NCBI GenBank assembly: GCA_947453145.1
Contig: CANGFA010000012.1
Coordinates: 4,291 to 68,290 of the forward strand
DNA from: Bacteroidota bacterium
Lineage (GTDB): Bacteria > Bacteroidota > Bacteroidia > Chitinophagales > Chitinophagaceae
Length of the DNA stretch: 64,000 nucleotides
Direction: 5' to 3'
In this document: piece after piece, positions 1 to 9,680 of the stretch
Layout of the letters: the number at the start of each line of letters is the position of its first letter
Numbering within the stretch: the first letter of the stretch is position 1
Made by a program: the position numbers and the translations under genes
Notes under the pieces: model-generated
What the model was told of the DNA's origin: nothing
Database searches by the model: none
The model's input: only the letters and a program-made list of their open reading frames with translations

Positions 1-1248
1 AATACGCATTGGCACTTCGTAAGGATTTTCTCCTGTGATTTTTGCGTACATATCAAATAAGTTTCCGTATTTCTCTTTGACTACTTCCTTACCTAATGCA
101 ATAATTTCTTCATGGCTTACATTGCTTAATCCTTGTTTACCTACTTCTGTTTTACCATAACGTTCAATAGCTGCTGCGTAATCTAAATATACTGCTTGCT
201 TTGAAGTTCCTACACCATATCCAGCATCACATCTTTCTTTTGCAGCACGAGACGCAACGTCACGTGGCACTAAGTTTCCGAAGGCAGGGTAGCGGCGCTC
301 TAAATAATAATCTCTTTCTTCCTCTGGTATATCGTTTGGTTTACGTGTATCTCCTTTTGCTTTTGGTACCCAAATACGTCCGTCATTTCTTAAAGACTCA
401 GACATCAATGTTAATTTTGACTGATGATCACCAGAAACGGGGATACAAGTAGGGTGAATTTGGGTGAAACATGGGTTGGCAAAATAGGCACCTTGCTTGT
501 GCGCTTTCCAGGCAGCAGAAACATTTGAACCCATGGCATTGGTGGATAAATAAAATACGTTTCCGTATCCACCTGTACATAATAATACTGCGTATCCAAA
601 ATGTTTTTCTAATTCCCCGGTAATTAAGTTACGTGCAATAATTCCTTTTGCTTTACCATCTATCTTCACCACATCCAACATCTCATGACGTGAGTACATG
701 GTAACATTTCCTAAAGCTACCTGACGCTCTAAAGCTTGGTATGCACCAATTAATAATTGTTGACCTGTTTGACCAGCAGCATAAAAAGTTCTTTGAACTT
801 GCGTACCACCAAAACTACGGTTACTCAAAAGGCCACCGTACTCACGTGCAAAGGGAACACCTTGTGCAACGCATTGGTCAATAATATTTCCACTCACTTC
901 TGCTAAACGATGAACGTTTGCTTCACGTGCACGGTAGTCACCACCTTTAATAGTATCATAGAATAATCTAAACACGCTATCACCATCATTTTGATAGTTT
1001 TTAGCAGCGTTAATTCCACCTTGAGCCGCGATACTGTGCGCACGACGTGGACTATCTTGAAAGCAAAATGCTTTTACTTTATAACCAAGTTCTCCTAATG
1101 AAGCTGCAGCACTTGCACCAGCCAATCCAGTGCCCACCACAATCACTTCCATTTTACGCTTATTTGCAGGGTTCACTAATTTACAGTGACCTTTATAGTC
1201 TACCCATTTATCGTCTAAATTTCCTGCAGGTATTTTTGAGTTTAACAT
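1..1248 (-). CDS. sdhA: Succinate dehydrogenase/fumarate reductase flavoprotein subunit (partial; 3' end runs off the window)
   Basis: Not in the ORF track. Manual minus-strand translation from the ATG at 1248 gives [56 protein letters not shown], with an FAD-binding GxGxxG. Lies directly downstream of sdhC. Confidence 0.93.
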   Translation of the reverse strand, partial: MLNSKIPAGNLDDKWVDYKGHCKLVNPANKRKMEVIVVGTGLAGASAAASLGELGYKVKAFCFQDSPRRAHSIAAQGGINAAKNYQNDGDSVFRLFYDTIKGGDYRAREANVHRLAEVSGNIIDQCVAQGVPFAREYGGLLSNRSFGGTQVQRTFYAAGQTGQQLLIGAYQALERQVALGNVTMYSRHEMLDVVKIDGKAKGIIARNLITGELEKHFGYAVLLCTGGYGNVFYLSTNAMGSNVSAAWKAHKQGAYFANPCFTQIHPTCIPVSGDHQSKLTLMSESLRNDGRIWVPKAKGDTRKPNDIPEEERDYYLERRYPAFGNLVPRDVASRAAKERCDAGYGVGTSKQAVYLDYAAAIERYGKTEVGKQGLSNVSHEEIIALGKEVVKEKYGNLFDMYAKITGENPYEVPMRI

Positions 1249-1285
1249 ATTGAATCTTTTATCTAATGTTTAGAATGTTGTTAGG

Positions 1286-1984
1286 TTATTTTACCAATTC
1301 AAAATAAAAGCTAATTGGCATCATGGCAAATGCTAAAGGAATTAAAATAGCAAAGCCATATCCAATAGAACTGATAAGGGTATGATATCTTTTATTATGA
1401 ATACCAATTGTTTTGAAAGCACTTTGAAAACCGTGTGCCAAATGGTAGGCAAGAGATCCACAAGCCAAAACGTATAAAATAACAACATATACATTTTGGA
1501 AAATAGCTTGCATCTCGGCATATAAATTATGGTATTCAACGCCATTCAATTCAAAAGTTTTTAAACTATGAATAGAACCAATACCCCCTAAACGGCTTGG
1601 TGTCCAAAAATGATAAATGTGCATGATTAAGAACATGAGTAACAATGTTCCTAATAATGCCATGCTTCTACTATACCACTTACTTCCTTTGGCATAGTTT
1701 ACAGCATAACCTACCGATCTTTTACTTCTGTTTTCTAATGTTAGCATGTAGCCTTGCAAGATGTGCAAAAAGATACCTACAAAAAGACCAATCTCTAAAA
1801 CACGAGGAACTACAAAACTTCCCATAAAGTGAGCTGCTTTGTTAAACATTAATCCGTTGTCATTTGCCCAAATACAGGCATTCAATCCTGCATGAACAAT
1901 TAAGAAAAGAATTAAGAAAATTCCTGTGAAGGCCATTACTAATTTTTTCCCCACCGAGGAGGTAAACATGTTTTTGGAACTCAT
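1286..1984 (-). CDS. sdhC: Succinate dehydrogenase/fumarate reductase cytochrome b subunit
   Basis: Multi-TM protein with SSVGKKLVMAFTG at the N-terminus and heme-ligand histidines (FLIVH, IFLH, LAYHLAHG). Precedes sdhA. Confidence 0.9.
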   Translation of the reverse strand: MSSKNMFTSSVGKKLVMAFTGIFLILFLIVHAGLNACIWANDNGLMFNKAAHFMGSFVVPRVLEIGLFVGIFLHILQGYMLTLENRSKRSVGYAVNYAKGSKWYSRSMALLGTLLLMFLIMHIYHFWTPSRLGGIGSIHSLKTFELNGVEYHNLYAEMQAIFQNVYVVILYVLACGSLAYHLAHGFQSAFKTIGIHNKRYHTLISSIGYGFAILIPLAFAMMPISFYFELVK

Positions 1985-2009
1985 ATAAATAATGATTTAA
2001 AAATCGCTG

Positions 2010-2017
2010 CAAAAGTA
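2010..2017 (-). promoter_or_regulatory. Bacteroidota sigma70 -7 element (TACTTTTG) for the sdhCA operon
   Basis: Exact TAnnTTTG match about 25 nt upstream of the sdhC ATG. Confidence 0.6.
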
Positions 2018-2144
2018 CGTATCAATTTAATACTAGCTATCAAACGTTTCAATGATTTTGAGCACTTATACTAAATACCTTAACAATTTGTGCATTTAGA
2101 TAAGTTAATGACCGTTTGCATAAAATAATCCACTCAATCCTTAT

Positions 2145-3410
2145 TTGAACTATTTTTACCAAATGATAAAAGTACTTAGCATACTTTGGAATAGTTTTAA
2201 GATGGCTCTGCAGGAGCTAAAAGTCAATAAATTAAGGACTTTCCTGTCTTTATTTGGCATCACTATTGGCATTTTCTGCATCATTGGGGTATTGGCAACT
2301 ATTGACAGTCTGAAGTCAAAAATCAGCAATGATTTATCTGGTTTAGGTAGTAATTCAATTTTTATTGATAAGTGGGATTATAATGGTGGGCCAGAATATC
2401 CTTGGTGGAAATTTGTTAAACGTCCTTCCATGAAGATTTCCGAAATGGAGTTTGTACAAAAACGTTCAACCTTGGCTTCTAATATTGCCTTTTTCGTTTC
2501 AACAAGTGCGAGTTTTTCATACGAAGAGAACCAATTAAAGGGGGTTAATTTATATGGAGTTACCGGCGATTTTAATAAAATCCAATCCTTCAATATTGGG
2601 AATGGTAGGTATTTTAATGAGACAGATTTTAACAGAGGCGTACCATTTTGTGTAATTGGAAATAAAGTGGCCTCCGAGTTATATGGGAAAGCTGAAAAAG
2701 CTTTAGGAAAAACTATTTCATATGGAGGCCGAAGATTACAAGTAATTGGGGTGGTTGAAAAACAAGGTAGTTCTATGATTGGTGGTTTTGATTACGATAA
2801 AGCTTGTATTGTTCCATATAACTATTATGCTTCAATTTTTAATCCGGACAATAATAATCCATACATCATGGTGCAGGCCAAGCCAGGAATTCCTTCCAAA
2901 GCCTTGCAGGATGAGTTAAATGGAATTATGCGACAGTTAAGAAAATTGAGTCCAACGCAAGAGGATAACTTCACTTGTAATGATGTGGCACAATTTAAGG
3001 ATCAAATCGAAAGCGTATTCGGGGCTATAAATAATGGGGGCTGGGCCATTGCGGGCTTATCTTTATTGGTGGGTGCCTTTGGTGTGGCCAATATAATGTT
3101 CGTGACAGTAAGAGAACGTACCAGTCAAATTGGTCTTAAAAAAGCAATAGGCGCTAAGAGTAGTACTATTTTATATGAATTCTTATTAGAGAGTGCTTTC
3201 TTGTGTATTGTTGGCGGTTTAGTGGGGCTATTTTTAGTTTGGCTACTTACAGTTGCCTTGGGAGCTGTATTGCCTTTTCCCATATTTATTGCCCCAAGTA
3301 TTGTAGTGCTCGCTATGAGTATATGTATCATATTAGGGATGATCTCTGGAATTATCCCTGCGTCCATAGCAGCAAAGATGAATCCTGTGGAAGCGATTAG
3401 AACCAAGTAA
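2145..3410 (+). CDS. ABC transporter permease, MacB/FtsX family (probable start ATG 2163)
   Basis: N-terminal NKLRTFLSLFGITIGI, a periplasmic domain, GVANIMFVTVRERTSQIGLKKAIGA and C-terminal PASIAAKMNPVEAIR. Confidence 0.88.
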   Translation: MNYFYQMIKVLSILWNSFKMALQELKVNKLRTFLSLFGITIGIFCIIGVLATIDSLKSKISNDLSGLGSNSIFIDKWDYNGGPEYPWWKFVKRPSMKISEMEFVQKRSTLASNIAFFVSTSASFSYEENQLKGVNLYGVTGDFNKIQSFNIGNGRYFNETDFNRGVPFCVIGNKVASELYGKAEKALGKTISYGGRRLQVIGVVEKQGSSMIGGFDYDKACIVPYNYYASIFNPDNNNPYIMVQAKPGIPSKALQDELNGIMRQLRKLSPTQEDNFTCNDVAQFKDQIESVFGAINNGGWAIAGLSLLVGAFGVANIMFVTVRERTSQIGLKKAIGAKSSTILYEFLLESAFLCIVGGLVGLFLVWLLTVALGAVLPFPIFIAPSIVVLAMSICIILGMISGIIPASIAAKMNPVEAIRTK

Positions 3411-3433
3411 ACTAGTTTTATTAACTTCGTGGG

Positions 3434-4456
3434 GTGTTACAAAATTCTATCACCATATTAGCTATTGAATCCTCCTGCGACGAGACAGCGGCCTCTGTAA
3501 TTTTAGATGGAAAAATTCTTTCCAATTTCATTGCCAATCAATCAGTGCATGAAAAATACGGTGGTGTAGTTCCAGAATTAGCCAGCCGCGCACATATGGA
3601 AAATATAGTGCCTGTGGTGGATGAATCTTTAAAAAAAGCTTTTCCTAATTTAACTCATTCAGAAAAACTTGCCAAGTTAGATGCTATAGCATTTACACAA
3701 GCTCCTGGTTTAATTGGAAGCTTGTTAGTGGGAGCGCAGTTTGCAAAATCTTTAGCACTAAGCCTTGGCAAACCCTTAATATCAGTGCATCATATGCAAG
3801 CCCACGTGTTGGCTAATTTGATTGCTGATGAAAAACCAAGTTTCCCTTTTTTATGTTTAACAGTCAGTGGAGGGCATACTCAAATTGTAAGGTGCAATAG
3901 CCCCGCTGAATTAATCATATTGGGTGAAACCATTGACGACGCAGCGGGTGAAGCCTTTGATAAAATTTCTAAAATTATTGGTTTGCCTTATCCTGGTGGA
4001 CCTGTGTTGGATAAACTCGCACAACTTGGCAATCCAAAAGCATTTGAATTTGCGAAACCACAGGTGCCCGATTTAAACTTTTCATTTAGTGGATTAAAAA
4101 CAAGCGTCTTATATTTTTTACAAAAGCAAGAACCCGGATTTATAGAAGCCAATTTAAATGATTTATGTGCATCGGTACAATACACCATTGTTGAAATTTT
4201 AATGAAGAAATTAAAGAAGGCTATCCAAGAAACGGGCATTAAAGAAATTTGTATAGCGGGTGGGGTAAGTGCGAATACGGGATTAAGAGCAGGGGTACAG
4301 GAGCTAGGTAAAAAGACCTATTCCAAAGTATACCTGCCTAAGTTTGAATATTGCACAGACAATGCCGCTATGATTGCAATTACTGCGCATTACAAATACT
4401 TAGCTGGAGCATTTGATGACCTTTCTGTGTCTGCTTCGGCTCGTTCTAATTGGTAA
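3434..4456 (+). CDS. tsaD: tRNA N6-threonylcarbamoyladenosine synthesis protein TsaD
   Basis: ILAIESSCDETA, HEKYGGVVPELASRAH, HHMQAH, VSGGHT, DDAAGEAFDK and CTDNAAMIA. Confidence 0.96.
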   Translation: MLQNSITILAIESSCDETAASVILDGKILSNFIANQSVHEKYGGVVPELASRAHMENIVPVVDESLKKAFPNLTHSEKLAKLDAIAFTQAPGLIGSLLVGAQFAKSLALSLGKPLISVHHMQAHVLANLIADEKPSFPFLCLTVSGGHTQIVRCNSPAELIILGETIDDAAGEAFDKISKIIGLPYPGGPVLDKLAQLGNPKAFEFAKPQVPDLNFSFSGLKTSVLYFLQKQEPGFIEANLNDLCASVQYTIVEILMKKLKKAIQETGIKEICIAGGVSANTGLRAGVQELGKKTYSKVYLPKFEYCTDNAAMIAITAHYKYLAGAFDDLSVSASARSNW

Positions 4457-4463
4457 GCTTTAA

Positions 4464-6125
<1,662 letters not shown>

Positions 6126-6240
6126 GCTTATTTTGTTGAATATAAAGCTAAGATTTTCAATGTTTTAGCAATATTTGGATCAAATTGAGCGTTTAGAATA
6201 AAAAAACTTAAAAAAAATGGGATAGTAAGGGTTATTTACT

Positions 6241-6248
6241 TACCTTTG
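6241..6248 (+). promoter_or_regulatory. -7 element (TACCTTTG) for rpmB-rpmG-DUF4295
   Basis: Exact TAnnTTTG match 23 nt upstream of rpmB. Confidence 0.65.
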
Positions 6249-6271
6249 CCGTCCGTAAAAAATTATTTCTC

Positions 6272-6508
6272 ATGGCTAGAGTATGTCAGATAACAGGAAA
6301 GAAACCGATGACTGGAAACAGTGTATCGCATTCTAATATTAAAACGAAGCGTCGTTTTCTTCCAAATTTGCAAAAGAAGCGTTTCTTCTTTGCAGAAGAA
6401 GATCGTTGGATCACTTTAAAAGTATCAACTGATGCTTTAAGAACGATCAATAAAAATGGTTTAAATGCAGTAGTTAAAGAATTAAGAGCTGCTGGAGAAA
6501 AAATCTAA
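6272..6508 (+). CDS. rpmB: 50S ribosomal protein L28
   Basis: [34 protein letters not shown]. Confidence 0.97.
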   Translation: MARVCQITGKKPMTGNSVSHSNIKTKRRFLPNLQKKRFFFAEEDRWITLKVSTDALRTINKNGLNAVVKELRAAGEKI

Positions 6509-6545
6509 CAAGAAACAAAGTAATTAAGTATAATAATATACCATC

Positions 6546-6728
6546 ATGGCACGTAAAGGAAACAGAGTTCAGGTAATTTTAGAATGCACAGAGCATAAGA
6601 CTTCTGGCATGGCTGGAACTAGCCGTTATATTACCACAAAGAACAAAAAGAACACCCCAGATCGTTTGGAGTTCAAAAAGTATAACCCAATTTTGAAAAA
6701 AGTAACTGTTCACAAAGAAATTAAATAA
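6546..6728 (+). CDS. rpmG: 50S ribosomal protein L33
   Basis: [17 protein letters not shown]...[22 protein letters not shown]. Confidence 0.97.
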   Translation: MARKGNRVQVILECTEHKTSGMAGTSRYITTKNKKNTPDRLEFKKYNPILKKVTVHKEIK

Positions 6729-6730
6729 TC

Positions 6731-6904
6731 ATGGCAAAAGCAGCATCTAAAAACTCGAAAGTAAAGGATTTAAAGGCTTCTGCTGAAGCTAAAAACTGGA
6801 CAAAAGTAATTAAAGCTATCCGCAGCCCTAAAACAGGCGCGTATACTTTTAAAGAAAATATTGTTCATAAAGATAAAGTAACTGAATTCTTAGCAGCTAA
6901 GTAA
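6731..6904 (+). CDS. Small basic DUF4295-family protein (57 aa), probably the Bacteroidota-specific ribosomal protein bL38
   Basis: Below the ORF-track cutoff. Translates as MAKAASKNSKVKDLKASAEAKNWTKVIKAIRSPKTGAYTFKENIVHKDKVTEFLAAK*. It starts 2 nt after the rpmG stop, and the KVIK..RSPKTGAYTF motif fits DUF4295. Confidence 0.82.
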   Translation: MAKAASKNSKVKDLKASAEAKNWTKVIKAIRSPKTGAYTFKENIVHKDKVTEFLAAK

Positions 6905-6937
6905 TTCGACCCTTTTCTTTTCGACAAGAAATTATTG

Positions 6938-6966
6938 AAAGCTTCCCAACTAGGGAAGCTTTTTTT
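6938..6966 (+). terminator. Intrinsic terminator of the rpmB operon
   Basis: AAAGCTTCCC-AACTA-GGGAAGCTTT stem followed by a T run. Confidence 0.85.
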
Positions 6967-7017
6967 ATATCTGCGTCTTAATAAAATATAAGACTTGATA
7001 TAAAACGCTAATGATTT

Positions 7018-7040
7018 AAAGTCCATCCTGGACTTTTTTT
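7018..7040 (+). terminator. Second terminator-like hairpin upstream of the ftsY promoter
   Basis: AAAGTCCA-TCC-TGGACTTT followed by TTTT. Confidence 0.45.
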
Positions 7041-7062
7041 ATAACTGCTCATGGCTTTTATG

Positions 7063-7070
7063 TAAATTTG
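7063..7070 (+). promoter_or_regulatory. -7 element (TAAATTTG) for ftsY
   Basis: Exact consensus, 4 nt before the ATG. Confidence 0.65.
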
Positions 7071-7074
7071 CGAT

Positions 7075-8034
7075 ATGAGCTTTTTAGGAAAATTATTCGG
7101 CAAAAAAGAGAAAGAAACGTTAGATCAGGGTTTGGAAAAAACCAAGCAAGGATTTTTTGAACGCATTTCAAAAGTAATCATAGGAAAAACTTCTGTGGAT
7201 GACGAAGTGCTGGATCAATTGGAAGAAGCACTTATAGGCGCAGATGTGGGAGTGGATACCACACTCGCTATTATTGAACAAATACAGGAGCGCGTTAAGA
7301 AAGAGAAATATGTTTCTACTTCAGAATTAAATAATATACTTCAAAAAGAGATTGCAAATTTATTGGTGGATGCGCCCGAAGATCAAATGGGGTTTGTTCC
7401 CCCAGCAAATAAAAAACCGTACATTATTTTAGTAGTAGGGGTAAATGGGGTTGGTAAAACCACTACTATAGGCAAATTAGCACATCATTATAAAGCAGCC
7501 GGTAACGAGGTTTTATTAGGTGCAGCGGATACTTTTAGAGCAGCAGCCGTAGATCAGTTAACTATTTGGAGTGAAAGAGTAGGTGTAAATATTGTAAAAC
7601 AAAATATGGGTTCTGACCCAAGCGCAGTTGCATTTGATACTATCCAATCCGCAATCGCAAAAAATGCAGATGTGGTATTAATAGATACAGCAGGACGTTT
7701 GCATAATAAAGCACATTTAATGGATGAGCTCAATAAAATTAAAAGAGTTATTCAGAAACTATTGCCGGACGCCCCACATGAAGTTTTATTAGTCCTTGAC
7801 GGATCCACTGGACAAAATGCATTGGAGCAAGCCAAGCAATTTATGGCAGTAACAAATGTAAATGCATTGGCCATTACAAAATTAGACGGTACTGCAAAAG
7901 GCGGCGTGGTATTGGCTATTGCGCATCAATGTAAAATCCCCGTAAAATATATTGGCGTAGGAGAGCAAATCAATGACTTACTTTTATTTGATAAAAATGA
8001 GTTTGTTGATTCTTTGTTTAGCCTAAATAGATAG
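7075..8034 (+). CDS. ftsY: Signal recognition particle receptor FtsY (no long acidic N-domain)
   Basis: GVNGVGKTTTIGKLA, DTFRAAA, DTAGRLH and TKLDGTAKGG. Confidence 0.97.
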   Translation: MSFLGKLFGKKEKETLDQGLEKTKQGFFERISKVIIGKTSVDDEVLDQLEEALIGADVGVDTTLAIIEQIQERVKKEKYVSTSELNNILQKEIANLLVDAPEDQMGFVPPANKKPYIILVVGVNGVGKTTTIGKLAHHYKAAGNEVLLGAADTFRAAAVDQLTIWSERVGVNIVKQNMGSDPSAVAFDTIQSAIAKNADVVLIDTAGRLHNKAHLMDELNKIKRVIQKLLPDAPHEVLLVLDGSTGQNALEQAKQFMAVTNVNALAITKLDGTAKGGVVLAIAHQCKIPVKYIGVGEQINDLLLFDKNEFVDSLFSLNR

Positions 8035-8092
8035 TTGTTTAATACTGAATGCATAATTTGCATTCTCATGAATTAGTTGAAAAACTCATTTA

Positions 8093-8614
8093 CTAAAAAG
8101 TATATCTCACGCCTAAACCAGCCCAACCACTTTCAAAATAACTAGCACCTACAAAATTAAAAGAGGGTTGCCAGTCTACACTCAAATTTAAAGGGGCATT
8201 TTTTACTTTATAATCAAGCCCTAAAATTCCATCCACACCTAAAGCAATACCTGCACTGTGGTTGGGATTATTCTTTTTCCATTCCTCGCTCCAAAGTCCT
8301 AAATGACCACCATATCCAACATACCAAGTTAGGTTTTCGTTGCCTTCTATTGGCATGTATTTTTCATACAATACGGTTGTGCGAAATCCATCCAAGGAAA
8401 AGTATCCTAGAAATTCAAATGCGGCATTGGTTTTTATAAATTTCTTATAACTGATAGCGCTGGGATACATCTTTACCCCAATTGCTTTAGTATAGGGTGT
8501 GGCATACAAATGAACTGATCTATTAACCGAGGTGTCGGGGGTATAATCCTGAGAAAAACTGAGGTTAGTAACTAAGGTAAGGACGCTTAAAATAATGAAA
8601 TGATACATTTTCAT
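8093..8614 (-). CDS. Small outer-membrane beta-barrel protein, function unknown
   Basis: Signal peptide (NLSFS|QD), alternating aromatic/hydrophobic strands and the C-terminal beta-signal GLGVRYTF. Confidence 0.7.
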   Translation of the reverse strand: MKMYHFIILSVLTLVTNLSFSQDYTPDTSVNRSVHLYATPYTKAIGVKMYPSAISYKKFIKTNAAFEFLGYFSLDGFRTTVLYEKYMPIEGNENLTWYVGYGGHLGLWSEEWKKNNPNHSAGIALGVDGILGLDYKVKNAPLNLSVDWQPSFNFVGASYFESGWAGLGVRYTF

Positions 8615-8690
8615 AAATAGCTAAATTGAGGGACTACAAAAATAGGGGGATTTCGCAAAATTGACTGTTTTATAAATGCTAAAATTTGGG

Positions 8691-8698
8691 TAAGTTTG
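8691..8698 (+). promoter_or_regulatory. -7 element (TAAGTTTG) for the polyprenyl synthetase operon
   Basis: Exact consensus, 4 nt before the ATG. Confidence 0.65.
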
Positions 8699-8702
8699 TA
8701 AT

Positions 8703-9668
8703 ATGTTAAGTTTCCAAGAATTATCAGCACAATTCAATCAATCGTTTGACACCAAACATTTCCCAGCAGCGCCCAATACACTGTATGCGCCCGGAGAATA
8801 CTTTTTAACCATCGGAGGAAAACGTATTCGTCCAGTTATGTGTATGATGGGAAATGAATTGTTTAGTGATATTCATTCTGATGCATTTGTAGTAGCAAGA
8901 GCAATAGAGCTTTTTCACAATTTCACTTTGGTTCATGATGACATGATGGACGAAGCTAGTTTAAGAAGAGGGATGCCAACGGTACACACAAAATATGATG
9001 TTAATACGGCGCTATTGGTTGGTGATGTTATGTTAATAAGAGCCTATGAATTTTTACAAAATATACAACCAAGCTATTTGCCAAAAATCTTGAAAATATT
9101 TAATAGAACGGCTAGAGAAGTTTGTGAAGGTCAGCAATTGGATATGGATTATGCTAAAATGGAAACAGTAACGATGGATGAATACATTCATATGATTACT
9201 TTAAAAACGTCAGTTTTGTTAGCAGCTAGTTTAGAAATTGGCGCTATCATAGGAGGTGCCGGTGAAAAAAATTGCGAACACTTATATGAGTTTGGTAAAA
9301 AAATAGGGATAGCCTTTCAAATACAGGATGATTATTTAGACGCCTATGGCAATGCTGCAGATTTTGGTAAAGAAGTAGGTGGAGATATCAAGCAAAACAA
9401 AAAAACCTTTTTATTGCTTCATGCATTATCGGTAGCAAATGCAACTCAAAAAGAAGCACTAGCATTTCAATTGAAAAATGAAGACCCGCAAAAAGTAGAA
9501 AAGGTTTTAACAATTTTTAATGAGTGTGGTGTTGGAGCATGGGCCGAAAACTTAAAAGCAAAATATTTACAAGAAGCGTTTGATCATTTAGAATCTATTG
9601 CAGTGGTATCTGCACGAAAGCAACCACTTATCGAACTTGCGAATTATTTAATGAACCGAAATAAATAA
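8703..9668 (+). CDS. Polyprenyl synthetase (IspA / geranylgeranyl-PP synthase family)
   Basis: GGKRIRP, FARM LVHDDMMDEASLRRG, EGQQLD and SARM FQIQDDYLD. Confidence 0.92.
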   Translation: MLSFQELSAQFNQSFDTKHFPAAPNTLYAPGEYFLTIGGKRIRPVMCMMGNELFSDIHSDAFVVARAIELFHNFTLVHDDMMDEASLRRGMPTVHTKYDVNTALLVGDVMLIRAYEFLQNIQPSYLPKILKIFNRTAREVCEGQQLDMDYAKMETVTMDEYIHMITLKTSVLLAASLEIGAIIGGAGEKNCEHLYEFGKKIGIAFQIQDDYLDAYGNAADFGKEVGGDIKQNKKTFLLLHALSVANATQKEALAFQLKNEDPQKVEKVLTIFNECGVGAWAENLKAKYLQEAFDHLESIAVVSARKQPLIELANYLMNRNK

Positions 9669-9680
9669 CCCCAGAATAGC

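Noticed and set aside
201-1827. Short ORFs at 201, 411, 1047, 1342 and 1645
   Set aside because: Alternate-frame or antisense shadows of sdhA and sdhC with no protein-like motifs.
6272-6728. Zinc-free paralogue switching of L28/L33
   Set aside because: Cys-poor forms are the normal Bacteroidota versions, and no Zur-box-like palindrome is evident.
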